Of a stretch of DNA of 64,000 nt, positions 24,422 to 37,525 are shown in pieces. The notes below the pieces were generated by a model that had not been told where the DNA came from, searched no databases, and worked only from the letters and a program-made list of their open reading frames with translations. The stretch's first letter is position 1, and every line of letters starts with the position of its first letter. The position numbers and the translations under genes were made by a program. This stretch comes from Schizosaccharomyces osmophilus (Eukaryota), in contig NC_079239.1 in NCBI RefSeq assembly GCF_027921745.1, positions 620,001 through 684,000 of the forward strand, given 5' to 3'.

Positions 24422-25004
24422 TGAAGCATCAAAATTGTAATTGAAGAGTTTTATGCCTTTCTATTTATCTAAAAATTTTCGGTTTTAAAAGACCTTATTG
24501 ACTGGTTTGTGTATTGAAGTTGTACTTAAAGGAATACTTGTTTTCAACCTTCATGCTTATAATGGTAGGTAAGTGCGAACATTCGATGAAGTCTTTAATC
24601 TTTGGAAAGCTTGTTTTTTTGTGTTTCTTACAATGAGAGGAAAACATAGAATTAAAAATGATTAAAAAGAAGACAAACTAGATTAAACGAGCTTCTGCTG
24701 AAATCAAATAACAAGTATTCCGTTCTTTATATTGCAAATTACTCTAGAAACCATTTTCTAAAGGGTCCAAAGAAAGGAAATATTAAGTTTATTTTGTGTA
24801 TATAAAGGCTTAAGAATTCATATATATCATAAAAATATCATCATTAAAATATAAAGCGTATTGATCGTCTAGTAAAAAATAAAAATAAGAAAGGAATAAT
24901 TAAGCTAAATAAGTCTATTAACTGATGGAATGGTGAAGAAAGGCACAGGAGAGAGGTTGATAGAAAAGCAGCAATAGTATCTCTATCAACCTTCTCAAAA
25001 TCCT

Positions 25005-25009
<5 letters not shown>

Positions 25010-25040
<31 letters not shown>
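25010..25040. repeat. A31 homopolymer (U31 in the presumed pck1 3' UTR)
   Basis: Read directly from the sequence. Confidence 0.9.
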
Positions 25041-25041
<1 letters not shown>

Positions 25042-25075
25042 AATAGTAACAAAAAGAAGAAACCAGACCTAAGGT

Positions 25076-28031
25076 CTAATCTGCCATACTAGAAAATCCA
25101 CGAAAACATTCCTGCTGTTGCCTTGTCAACACAGTGTTCACCGGTGTAAGATTTGGTACTGCACTGGTAAATTCCTCATCAAAGTTATTCAAATCATGAA
25201 TATCGCTTGCCACCGGTTTATAAACAGGATCATACCGCAAGTAATAAAGATCAGACCAAACAATAGTAGTGAAGAATGGATGGTTCATAATTTCAAGGGC
25301 GTCAGTTGGCCCACTTCCTAATCTCTTTTCGGGATCACGAGTTAAAAGCTAGATTGTTAGTAAAAGTTAATGTATTATGTGTTCTTACCCCTCGCAATAA
25401 CGAAACGGCATCTGCCGGCATGTTAATAGGAAACAAAGGCTCATCCGTTAAAATTGCATCAAAGATTTCTTCTTCATCTTCTCCTTTAAAGGGGGACTGA
25501 CCTAATAGCATTTGATACATTAACACACCAAACGCCCACCAATCCACATTTTTCGTATATTGCTGTTCTAAGAGAATTTCGGGAGCCATAAACTCAGGTG
25601 TACCACAAAAAGTTGAAGTAGTATTACCAGCAGACATGTTTTCTTTGCACAAGCCATAGTCAGCAATCTTGATATGTCCGTTGGGGCATAGAAGGATATT
25701 ATCCAGCTTTAAGTCACGATATGCTATACCGTTTTCATGGAAATATTTCAATGCTAAACAGACCTCGGCACCATAAAACCTCGCTCGTTTTACACTAAAT
25801 TGTTGTCTCTGAACGTGGACCATCAGATCACCTCCTTGAATGTACTCCATTACGAAGTAAACACGAGTACTAGTTTGAAAGCTAGCAAACATATTCAAGA
25901 GAAAAGGGTGATTTTCTTTATTTGCGGCGTCAAAGACATGTTTTTCAGTACGTAAACTCTCTAATTCTTCATTTTTCAAAATGAACTCCTTCTTCAAAAC
26001 TTTTACGGCATAGTGTTTCTTTGTTGGTTTATATTCAGCAAGCATGACTTTACCAAAATTACCTTTACCGAGAACGGCGATAAAAGTAAAATCTTCTAAA
26101 GTAGCCCGCTTCTTTTTATCACGGCGGGGGCTTGGCGGAAGCTTTACAGAACTTTCCGTTGTAGCTGAAGTGCTAGACGGAGGTGTAGGTGTTAAACGAT
26201 GAGGAGGGGAAGCACTTGTACTTTTTCTTTCCTTGACAGATTCCTCAGGTGTAGACACAGGAGAAGCGTTCAGAATACTAGTAACTGGTTTAGTAGCTGC
26301 AATAAGGCCTTGTGAAACTGTTGGTAGTTGTTCACCGGAAGACCTTGTATCTTGCTTGTTAGTCCCCTGCTTTCCCTTTGGTGATTTATTGTTGACGTCC
26401 AGCCCAGCCAAGAGCTGGTTTTTCAGATCAATTGACATGCCACAATAATCTGGAACTAAATGGGCACATTGCCCATGACATGTAAGATTACATTCTTCAC
26501 ACCTGAAACAGTCTTTGCGCCGCAAAGGTAAAAAGAAACCACAATGAGCACACCAATGAGCTCCCAAGGATGAAAGCGGTTCAAATCTGTGAGGGATTTG
26601 ATATTTGAGACGCCCAAAATCAGCTTTTTCTGCGTTTGATAATGCAATACATCCTGCAAGAATCTTGTGTAAGCATTTTTTGTGGCAAACAAAACTACAA
26701 TTCTCACATTGTAAACCAGGAGAATAAGAGAAAAGCTCCCCACAGACAGCACATCGCATAATTTGGTAGAATTGTTTTTGAATAAATTGGTGTCCTAGAT
26801 GTCCTGCAACAACTTCATCCTTCTTTTGGCGAATAGCACCCTGACGACCTAAACCAGTTTCGAGAAATTGTCGTGTAGTTAGTTTCTTTGAGAATGTTAT
26901 GGAAACGCAGATTTGGCCTACCGGTTCAAGGGAAAGCCACGTACGTGATAAAAGTCTGTAAGAGGAAGGGGCGGAAGCAGGTGAGGAAGCAAGAGGATCA
27001 TAAAGAGAATTGCGATATGATGTAGCGGATGCAGCAGTAGCCGGACGAGCTGAAGAATTATTATAGGCATTTTGATCAGCCAAGCTTGGCTTCCAGTTAG
27101 CTTCGGACAATTCATGTAAGTTTCTCTTTCGGCGCAACTCTTCCGCGATTAAAGAAGCGGGAATAAGAAGGAATCCGATAGGAACATCGACCTCTTTTTT
27201 TTGATCATAAATAAGAAGCTGTACTTCTTTTGCGCGATGAACGTCGAAAGTAAAGGACTCGTCCCATTCGTCAGCAGGCGAGCTTCTTGAACGAGCAACT
27301 TGGGTGTCATCAACATAACATACGGTATAAGAATATGTAGGAGACAAGTTTTGTTGGAATAGAGAAGTATGTTCCAAGTTGCGCACGGAATGAATGGTGA
27401 CTTGAAGTCTACCGGAAACTGGCTTTGCTAGACCACGGAAAGCAACCTGAGCCGGATGATCATCGTGACCAGAACTAGGTTGATCCAAGGGAATATGTAA
27501 TTCGTTATAGCGCTTCATAGATCGCTTTAAAAGATTGACCTTTTGTTTACCTTCTCGTAACTTGACAGAGACATCGCGGGTATCTTTTCCCTCTTTGGAG
27601 TATAAACGTAATATTTTATCAATTCCAGAAACACACTGTTGCTCTACAGACAACCGCATTTGCAAATGCTGCAACATAGTGGAAATCTTCTGCGGAGTCA
27701 AAGGCTTCTCCGAGCTGAGTAATTCAAAAGCGCTTCTGCTTTCATGCAGAATTTGATAATCGCCATCTTGTTGCTTTGAAGCATGGTTTTGCACAGAGTC
27801 ACTTTCTTCTGCAGAGGCGTCATCTTTCCCATTTTGCTCAATCTTTAGCGCTTGGATTCTTTCTTGTAGATAAGTGATATTGTTTTCGGATACAGCAATA
27901 TTTGTTTCTAATCGTTTTTTTACTTCTGGGTTTTTTGTCGATGCTACCATTGCTTTCGCTCCCATGATTAGCGACTCCTCTCGCTCAATCTTCTTGTAAG
28001 CATCATGAATAGCATTTTTTCGAAACACCAT
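25076..28031 (-). CDS. pck1: Protein kinase C homologue Pck1 (one intron at about 25389-25350)
   Basis: Two HR1 repeats, C2, two C1 zinc fingers, kinase domain ([26 protein letters not shown]) and AGC tail FRGFS. GTAAGA...CTAAC...TAG intron joins to [11 protein letters not shown]. Likely start MVFRKN at 28031. Confidence 0.93.
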
Positions 28032-28103
28032 TTTCTCATTGAAAATGTTCCCTTTAAAGGGTTTTTGTCTAAATAATTCTGGGATATGCAATGGCGTTGA
28101 TAT

Positions 28104-28202
28104 GTAAACAAGTGAGGTTTCTCTGCTTAATTATCAGAGGCGGTATAGTGAGGCGCAGAGCAGCTGGCTAGCAAACCCTGCTTGTTTACATTTATGTAAA
28201 CA
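28104..28202. promoter_or_regulatory. Cluster of three forkhead-type GTAAACA sites, two of them arranged as an inverted repeat
   Basis: GTAAACA at 28104-28110 and TGTTTACAT-TT-ATGTAAACA at 28183-28202, upstream of pck1. Confidence 0.45.
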
Positions 28203-28959
28203 CCCAAAAAGAAATCAAAAAAATAGAGAAGAAATGTCAAGATGCTGGACGATTTGGGATGCAAGCTGTTTTGAATTTGGTGAAAATCGTGTCTTGTGTT
28301 TCCGTAGTAGAAACTTTTTCCTATAATATAAATGGCAATCTTGTGATATGGTTAGGTGTAGATGCGTCAAAGGTCTCGATTTACTATTTGGTAAGCCAGG
28401 TTAATTTGAAGACTAATATTTTTCCATAAGTGCGAACACTATAAGAACTACGGATGAAGTTGTTACATTACTACAGAAATTGCGGATTCTGGTAAATACG
28501 AATATTATCGTCTTATATTTCATAAATTCCGCTTCAATTTTTTAATTTGTATGTTTTCTTTTGTATTTTACGGGACATTTCAGATGTTTATTTACATGAT
28601 TTTACGAAATGAATAAACAATAATAAACAGAGCAATGAATACAGTGTTGGAGAGTTTCCTTGAATTTCCATTCGAAACTTCAAAGGAAAATATCTTTACG
28701 AAAATATTCTCCCACAAAGAATCGATTCTTTTGTAACCTGCTTCGCTTGACCTTTTGTTTTTCTTGTCTTTGAAAAAATAAAAAAATAATCAAGGTCACA
28801 CTAGATCCCAACAGTACTAGCTACGAGGTTACAATGGACACCGTAAGATGATATTGTAATAAATACATCTTTACGAATGGCAAAACCCTAAGATGCGACC
28901 CTCTACCAACAACCCACATTGAAGCATATATTTAGCCTTTTGTTATAGAGTGTATCATT

Positions 28960-29576
28960 ATGACCTATTTCTACAAGCCTTATAACTTTTATCAGAATTC
29001 TTCTTCTGGTTATCAATGTATGTCGAGTACTTGAGCTTTTTGTCAGAGGGATATACTAATGAACATGCTTATTAGTGCATGAATTTCGTTCTTCTTTTGA
29101 AAAAGCACGAACTTTCGATGCTGAGGATGATTTAGAATTCTGTCCTGCTTTATCTGAAGAAGAAGTATGCTGATTCGGGAACGGTAATGGGTTAAGCATT
29201 TACAACCGGAATTGGCCGGGACTCTTCTCTTCCAGGGAAATTATTTGTGTGCTTCCTAGTTCTGCTTAATCCAAACAAGGTTTACGTATTAACATACATT
29301 GTGTAGTTGGCCGCCATATACCAAACAACCGGGCTTTCTCCGACGAACAGTTCTCCATCTTTGTCTCCAATGACTCCTAATATGTACCCTAATGCCATGC
29401 CGACAATCCAGAATGGAAACTACGCCGGGATGCAATATGCCCCTTCATCATTTCAACACAACCCAAGCAGCCGCCAGAAAAAGTCTTCGAGTATCCCAAT
29501 CATCGATCCCGTAACTCGTGCTCCTGCGATTTTGACAGGATCTGCAGCAAATTCTCGTTCGAAGCCGTACTGGTAA
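28960..29576 (+). CDS. Conserved fungal protein, DUF4452-like (exons 28960-29017, 29076-29164, 29307-29576)
   Basis: Exon 2 reads HEFRSSFEKARTFDAEDDLEFCPALSEEE and exon 3 contains SIPIIDP. Canonical GTATGT and GTATGC introns. The ORF track shows only exon 3. Confidence 0.75.
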
Positions 29577-30162
29577 TGAAGTTTTTAGAACACTTTTGTA
29601 TTCTTGCATTCTTGATGATTCTATTCTTTACAGCTCTTTGTACAATTTACTCATTGCATTACCTTCGTATTTATCAGTTTTCTTTTATGCAGCTAATGCG
29701 ACAGTGCGTATACCTGTCAGTGTACCGCTCTTCTTCATGTTTTGTTTTTCTATCACTATAACACAAACACATTAACAAAACATCGCTGTTTATGAACATT
29801 GTAAAAATATCTTGAGAGCTTTCTATTCTTGTACAATAATTGTTTCTCTGTTCTATCTTTGTGTTGTTTATGTCTTTTGTTTTGATGAAGTCATTCACTA
29901 TTAACTTTTATTTTCCTTTTCTTGCAAGGAGGTTTTATCCTTCTTCGGTTGTATATTAATAATTGCTAAACTTTTCAATAAAATCTGCTAACAATATTTT
30001 TTTATGGTTCCACTTTGCTACACGAATAGTGTGTATCATCAATTGTAATCTATAGAAACCGTATGAATACAGCAAGTATTACCTACGTTGAAATAATTAT
30101 TTATATGTACTTTTCGAAAACAAATAGTTTTATATCCTTCATTTTATTTTAAACCCAAAAAC

Positions 30163-33100
30163 CTATTTAATGTTTGCCAAAGCAGCTTGCTGCTCTACAG
30201 TAAGCCTTGAAGCACAATCATTAAAGTTATTAAGATTGGCTGCCATCGCACTTTTGAAAAAATCAAGCAGATGGAACTTTGTATTGTTAATTAGGCTTTG
30301 TCCTTTTAATGCACTCTCATCACTTACCTGTAAGTCTGCCGTATCATCCTCTCCTTCAGCGGGCGTTTTTACAGATGGAAATTCATCTTTAGCAAGTTCG
30401 TTTATTTCTAAATTTTGTTAATACATCTAAAAACAAAAATCTTACCATCAGCAGATAAACCAAAGTCTTCTTCTACATTCGATGGGCCATCGTCCCAATC
30501 ATCACCCTCATCATTGGAAACTTCTTCAACAATAGATTCTCTAAAAAGTGAAATATATTCATCCAGTAACAGTTTTATCAATTTTTCTCGTACGTTGATG
30601 GAAGTATACTGGTTTGGATCTAGATAAATCGTTAGTAAATGCGCACAGAAATGAAAATCATACGTAAACGAGACTGTGAACGGGTAACGATTCTATCAGA
30701 TTGTGATATAATATCACCTTTCACTTGAATTGCATCCAAAAGACTTGTCTCTGCTTTATAGATATTTGTCATTGCGATACAGCTAAGATTATCGGTTAGC
30801 AAATATAGTAGATGATGAATCCATACATGACAGATAAGTTCTTGAAGTTACTGAAGTAAACATAATTATCACACCAAACTTGCATCAACGCTTCCAATGC
30901 AGATGTTCCTCTATCATCTAAAGTACAGCCGCTCAAAAAATTCAAGACAGCTTCAGCGTTTTTGTTAATCATTTTAGAAAAAACGTAAATGATGCTCTAT
31001 ATTTGTTAGAAATCTTCAATGGAAACCGTCATACCTGAATAAAGCGAGGTTGTTCAGCAACAACTGCTCTTTGCAAACAAGAAAGCAAAACAGGATGCAA
31101 ATCTAAGGCTTGATTTGCATGCTCCAAAAGTTCTAAGAGAATGGTGCCCACAAGGAAGCATGAGGAATCATCGGACTTACTCAATAAGAGTTTCTGCAAT
31201 ATATACAGAATATACTGAAGTCCGGTTGCTCCTGATATTTCTGATCTTAATACCTGAGGGCAGTCTTTACGCAACAGCTCTCTTATAATTTCTTGTGAAA
31301 GTTGAAGCAACTCCAGATCATCATTATGTGTTTCTGTAATTTGGTAAATAGGGGGCAAAACGTAGTTGATAAAGCCATTAGGAAGAGGAGAAGGCCCTGC
31401 ACGAATTAAAGAAGAAAGAAGGGTGCAACCAACATTTACCAGGTTGGGGTCCGGATGGCTTAAAACTTGTAAAAGTTCTGGCATAGTTATTTCGCAGACA
31501 CTTTCATAACTAGCAGCCTCACTAGTAAGATCCTCAAATGTATCTTCAATTAGTCCAGAAAGATAAGGATCAGAAGGATTATTAGCTATAAGATTGAATA
31601 ATACAGGAATAAACGAACTATCCGGTTCCGCAGCCTTTTCACAGTCTAATCGGGCTAACGCTGTAATTGCTTCAACGAGAAGAACGAGTGATTCATCATA
31701 GCTGTTTTGCACAAACTCTCTAAGGACTTGTAAAACAGCAGGTTGTACCGAAGTTGATGGTTTTATTTCACTGACTGAGCATAACCTCTCAATTCCCTTA
31801 ATGGCAGCATATTTGACCAAATCCGATTGAGCAGCATTTGAAATGCAATTCAAAAATATTTGGAAAAATTCAATAGCTAAAGGAGTACTTTCTGAAAAGT
31901 AGCCAACGAAGTTAAAGAAACCAGCCATCAATATTTCCGGAACATTTGAAGTTTGCATTCGAACAGATATGGCTTTGTATACGGGCTCCAAAAAATCGTC
32001 GTAAGTATCATCTGAAGTAGCATCGATTGAACAGCATGCGTATAATAAAGCTTCTTGATCAACCCAATTTATGTCATTTTGCAATACGTATGTAGCGGCC
32101 AGTTCCCGAATATGCTGCTGGAGCCCTAAATTTGTGTGCTGTTCAAAAGAAGAAAGCACATTGACAGCAGCTCCGCGGACTGTATCAACAATTGAGTCAT
32201 AGTTTGTTTCGTTGACTATATACTCGTTAACGTCGTTTTCGTAAAGTTCAACTTGGCCTTTAGAAAGCTGAGCATATTGCACCAAAATGGAGATACAAGG
32301 AGGAAGAGAAGATGAAGAAGCATTGGTGGCCAAGAATAGAGCTTGAACAGATTTGTTTTGTAGAGCCACACCAACGAACTGAAGGAGTTCAATTAAGTAA
32401 CGAAATGGAAATTCGATGCCAAAAACGTTCTCATTTACAGGATTGCCAAAAACTACATCCCTGAGATAAATTGGGAGCAGCTTTTGGAGAATATCCCATA
32501 TGAGATCTACCAGTCTTACAACATAGGTCGATAACTTTGATGGAAACAATTCCCTAAGCTTCGATAAAGACAATGAAATTTCTCCCATTATGCAAAATGT
32601 ACCCGTAGAGTCACCCAAGAGTTCATTACCCTGAAAAAGAGGAGACTGTAATTTTTGGGTGAACAAATCCATCCATGGAGGCAATAGTCGATCAACAAAG
32701 ACGCGGACTGGCTCAGAACGGGTTTCTTTGTACATTTCCAGTAACTCCAGGCACGAACGAAACAATCCTATTGCACGGGCTTGCAATTTTCGTAAAGAAT
32801 CATTAGGAGGAGTTGGCAAAACCAGCTGATACAAAGTCTCAGAAAGGCGTGGGGTTATAATGAAGAATTGTTCTTCCACTAGTGATTCATCAATTAACTC
32901 ACACAACACATCAAGAGCGGCATTAATAGAATTTTCGTTGTTTGACTCGAGTAACTGTAGAAGGCAAGGAAAAACTTCAGGCCACTCGTCGGGGAAGTCA
33001 ACATTTGCTATCAAAGATACTGCATAAGCGACTGCTTTATTAAGCTGGTGGTTTTCCAAAGAAAGCAATTGGCGAAGAAGGATCTCTTTCACCGTGCGCT

Positions 33101-33473
33101 TAATATTCTCATCAGGTATAGGTCCTTCTTGGAACTGTTCAAACAAAGGAGACCAGTGATGAGTGATAAAACGCTGCAAATAAATCAAGGATCCCTTCAT
33201 ATTCGTTAGCACTTATCATCAAATGTACTACAACCACTTACCAATCGCAAGGGAATTGAAGCCCTAGAAGCTGCGATGTTTGTCAAGTACAGAGGGAAAT
33301 CTGTGTAGAACAATTAGACTTTGATTTATGTTTATACTGAAGGAGTTCTTTCCCCTGAATTTCATACCAGGCAAAGTTTCCAAAGTCTTCAATTCAAGTT
33401 CTGCCTGTAAACGAACATTGGTTTCAGGGTATTGAGCGAGCTCAAGAGCTTTTTTAATATTGCTTTCTGCCAT
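30163..33473 (-). CDS. kap114: Importin-9/karyopherin Kap114 (multi-exon)
   Basis: Importin-beta N-terminus (VRLQAELELK, YLQRFITHHWS, DFPDEWP), HEAT repeats, and C-terminal VTRSQS and acidic DDWDD segments in downstream exons. Confidence 0.85.
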
Positions 33474-34082
33474 TTTAATAGGCGCCGACCTATTTATAAC
33501 CAAGCTATCCAGATATTTGAACCGCGAGTAGAAAAAGCCTGAATATATTAGTTAAACCGAACAAACTGTATCAATCAACTAACTGAACAACACAAGCTGA
33601 ATCGTAGCTTGATTATTTATTTGGTAGAAATATCAACGCGTTTCTTCAAAGTCTTACTGGGTAACGGCTTGCTTGTAGGTAACATATGGCTTTTGTTTAC
33701 ATGAATGATGAGGCAAGCCATTCGTTTTTTACTTTGGCTATAGGTTTTCTTATGAGTATTATTTTCTTCATTTAAAATGTATGGTGAAAGGAAGGTTTTT
33801 ATTTCAATTACATTAAACTTTACAGTCGTTACTTGGCGCCTGTTTATACATCCTCCCTCCGCATGCTAAAACAATTCAAATATTTGCATTTGATGCGAAT
33901 ATATACATTCAATACATGTATTATTTAAGTTTTCTTGATCATTTTTTATTTTTACGGATATAATCGACTTCAACCGCCTTCTTTGCGGAATAGACGGAAA
34001 ATCGTGCGCGACCGTGTTTTTTCACACACATTTTATTAATGCTAAATTTCATGGGTCATAATTTACGCCTTTTATATTTGAA

Positions 34083-35156
34083 ATGCTTGATTTGGACCAA
34101 ATACTAGAGAGGCTTTACCATAAGCAAATTATTGCAGAACCAGTGATTGCATACCTTTGTAGCTTGGCGAAAGAGTTACTAATACAAGAAAGTAACGTTG
34201 TGCGTCTTTCCACTCCGATAACTGTAGTCGGCGACATTCATGGGTAAGTGGTTCCCGATAATCGAAATTCAGTATAGCTATACTCATATGAGAGATGACT
34301 ACTAACACTGGCCAAGCCAGTTTGAGGATTTATTAGAGATTTTTCGTATTGGAGGTCCTTGCCCGTTCACTAACTATATATTCCTGGGTATGTATATCCT
34401 TAGTTGACCGTTCTTATGGAGTTACTCGGAAGGAACCTATCTTTATGTTCTTTACTAATATTTGTAGGCGACTATGTTGATCGTGGCTACTATAGCGTCG
34501 AAACAATCACTCTACTTCTGTGTTTAAAACTCAGATACCCAAAAAGAATTACCTTACTTAGAGGTAACCACGAATCTAGAGGAATTACCCAAACCTACGG
34601 ATTTTACTCTGAATGCCTTAGAAAGTATGGTTCTGCAAACGTCTGGAAGCAAATCACAGACATATTTGACTTTTTGACTCTTGCAGCTACTATCGACGAT
34701 AGTATTTTTTGTGTTCACGGAGGGCTTTCACCCAGTATCCAACACATTAATCAAATTGTAGTACTTGATCGCTTCCGAGAGTTCCCTCACGAAGGAGCCA
34801 TGGCTGATTTGCTATGGTCCGATCCAGATCCAAGTATCCAAGAATTTTCTTTATCTCCTAGAGGTGCAGGATATTCCTTTGGAGAAGTGATTGTTTCCAA
34901 GTTTCTTTATGAAAACAACATGGATCATATCTTACGAGCTCATCAGCTATGTAGTGAGGGATATCAAATATTATTTGAGAAAAAGCTATCAACTGTTTGG
35001 TCAGCTCCTAATTATTGCTATCGTTGTGCTAATTTAGCCAGCATTCTCCAAATTGATACGGACAAATCTAAGTTTTTCAATGTTTTCGACGCAGCCCCTA
35101 ACCAAGAGAACCCGTACGTTGAACCAACCGCGAAGGCAACGGAATATTTTCTTTAG
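34083..35156 (+). CDS. ppa3: PP2A-like Ser/Thr phosphatase catalytic subunit (Ppg1 type, SIP/STRIPAK), 3 exons
   Basis: GDIHG, GDYVDRG, LRGNHE and SAPNYC motifs, C-terminal YFL. Two introns in the 5' part. Confidence 0.9.
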
Positions 35157-35423
35157 ATTTACCTTTTATTGTAAAGTAGTGTTTTTTCTGCCTCGAAGCG
35201 CTTACAATGTTGAAAAAAATCCCCGTCTACACTATCTTTCTTTTCACTGAAGAATCAATAATCTTTTACTTTTACTACTAATATTCGTTTGTTTTGATTG
35301 TCAAAGTTAATAATACATGTCAATAAATGACTTTGATTCATATATAATAATTAACCTCTAAAACTGTTGGCATAACTAAAGAGCGAAATACGGTACTTTG
35401 TAAATCAAGGGAAAAAATCAATT

Positions 35424-36933
35424 TTACTCCTGCCATTTACAAGTTCCCATAATTAAAGCATTACTTGGAAGTCGATCTGGTACAGGCGAAAGAAGGGTCA
35501 TTCGGTTTTTCACATCGTCTACATCGGTGACAAAGACGTAGCCGAGTATACAAGAATCAATAATTGCAGTTTCATTTTCATCTTCACTTACGCTTGAAAT
35601 CGCCAGAATCGAGTTCTGTAAAATCGTCATTGCTTCAGTTGTAATCCTTTCTAAATACTGACCCTTCCCACTAAGAGCTAAAGACATGTAAGTGCCTTTG
35701 TCGTCTGATTGACCAGATTCTTCTTCAAAACCTATAGGAAGAACCGAAGACTTTGGCCCACTTTCTGATGCTTCTAACACGCGATAGACTACTAACTGGG
35801 TGGAATCAACGATAATGGAAAGCGGAGAAAGAGGCATTCGTTCATCTCCGTAAAAGTATTGCTTTAAGCATCTAGACTGCCATTTTGCAATCCATTCGGG
35901 TTCTCTTTCAATACATCCTCCACTTGACGGAAGTTTGACAACAGAAAGCCAAGAGGCGTCACTGTAACTACGCTTCATAGTGCTGTACAATCGCTCCGAG
36001 CCCAATACAAGGACAATATTGATACGAAAGTCTGTAATAATAGAGTGAAGAGTATCTTGGTAGCGCTCATTGTTTTCTTGTAAGGAACATGTGTCGACGA
36101 GACATCCAGAGACAGATGCATCCAAGCTTTGAGTCATTCGAGAATTTACAGCAAGTGCTAAACGAGAACAACAAGACTTGTAAAGTTTTGGGTTATCAAA
36201 AGGGCTATCCAATCCATAATTGTAAACCAGAGGAGACTTTGCAAGAATGTGAGTTGGGCCAGTGGACATACTCGTGCCAAAGCCAGTTGCCTCTTGGATG
36301 TCCAAGATGGTGGCATTGTGAAAAGCGGATATAGAGCCTGGGAGAGCAACCATGGGTTGACTGGGGTCCAGGTTGACACAAATGGGGTGTCGAGATTGTT
36401 TTAGTGAGTATGATTCTAGGATCTTCATAACACTCGTTTTTCCAGAGCTTTTGGGTCCGATAAGACACACTCTAGGACCTGAAATCGAAGGATCCATTGA
36501 AGCATTGCCCTCAGCCTTTTTCCGTAAATTCTCCAAAGCAAAATACAGATTTAAATATGTACACATAGGAGTTTCTTCAGCTACATACTCTACAGAAGGT
36601 TCTCCTTCCACTTCTAGAGTACAACCCTGCCAAGTAAAGATTGCTCCTTTAACTTGTTCGAAATCGTAGGGAGGGCCCAAAGCGAGTTCTGTACCAAAAT
36701 ACTCGGCATTTCCAGTTGCAAGCTATACGACAAAAGTTAGTTCAGAGATATGACTTGGAATGAAACATGAGACGCTTCAAAAAACAGGAAAACACAAAAG
36801 GAAAAGCATTCTTCTCGCCATTATGAATTCTTGAAAACGACCATTGATTAACACATACCCGGATTTGAATCCCTGGTTCTTCAACTTCAAAACGCCATTC
36901 ACACCCTTTAGGAATATCAATATTTTTCATCAT
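35424..36933 (-). CDS. mRNA cleavage/polyadenylation factor Clp1-family P-loop protein (2 exons)
   Basis: [23 protein letters not shown]-loop [14 protein letters not shown] and QYFYG motifs. Symbol withheld because clp1 names the Cdc14 phosphatase in fission yeast. Confidence 0.9.
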
Positions 36934-37299
36934 TTTTTAAGTCGTTTCGCAGCCATAGACCGCTACAAAAAAGAAAACAAGAAAACCACAAGACAATTTC
37001 AGACAAGACACGCTGCGAGGAATAAAAAAGGAAATAGTGAGACTGAAAACCTCTCCTTTTCTTTTATTGCACATTTTAGGATACTCTGTTATACTATTTT
37101 TAGCAACGTAAAATACAATAGTGAAAAAAATAATAGCAAGCTGCAAATTCTACTTCACTATTCAACCATTAACACAGTGTACAAAAGTCATAAAGGCAAA
37201 GGAATACAGAATGCTCGAGTTCGGTAATTAATTTAAAATCAAGTGGCGAAATTGGAACGACATCACGTTACGCCACGCAATGTTTATGCTTGGGCTGGT

Positions 37300-37525
37300 G
37301 ATCTGCAGATCCTTATGCAATCCCTATGAGAGACGTGCGTCGAAAAAGAATAAGTAACCCATGTTTGCAGAAAGACGACGAAAAAGTCGGCTTAATTGAA
37401 TTAGTTTGAATTGACTTCATGTCAGGAGTAGAATTACCAAAGAAGGTCTGACGGAAAAGGTCCTAGAACTGCAAATGATAGTGCCAAGCGTTGGATCTTC
37501 ACTTTTACATGACAACTTGCAGATC
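37300..37525. promoter_or_regulatory. Candidate Loz1 zinc-response elements (GNMGATC cores) upstream of the metallothionein gene
   Basis: Palindrome GATCTGCAGATC at 37300-37311 (two cores, + strand GCAGATCCTT), GAAGATC on the - strand at 37494-37500, and GCAGATC at 37519-37525. Confidence 0.5.

Noticed and set aside
30840..30885. Possible GC-AG intron (GCAAGT) in kap114
   Set aside because: The segment reads through as coding (ALEALMQVWCDNYVYF) to a normal GTATGG donor.
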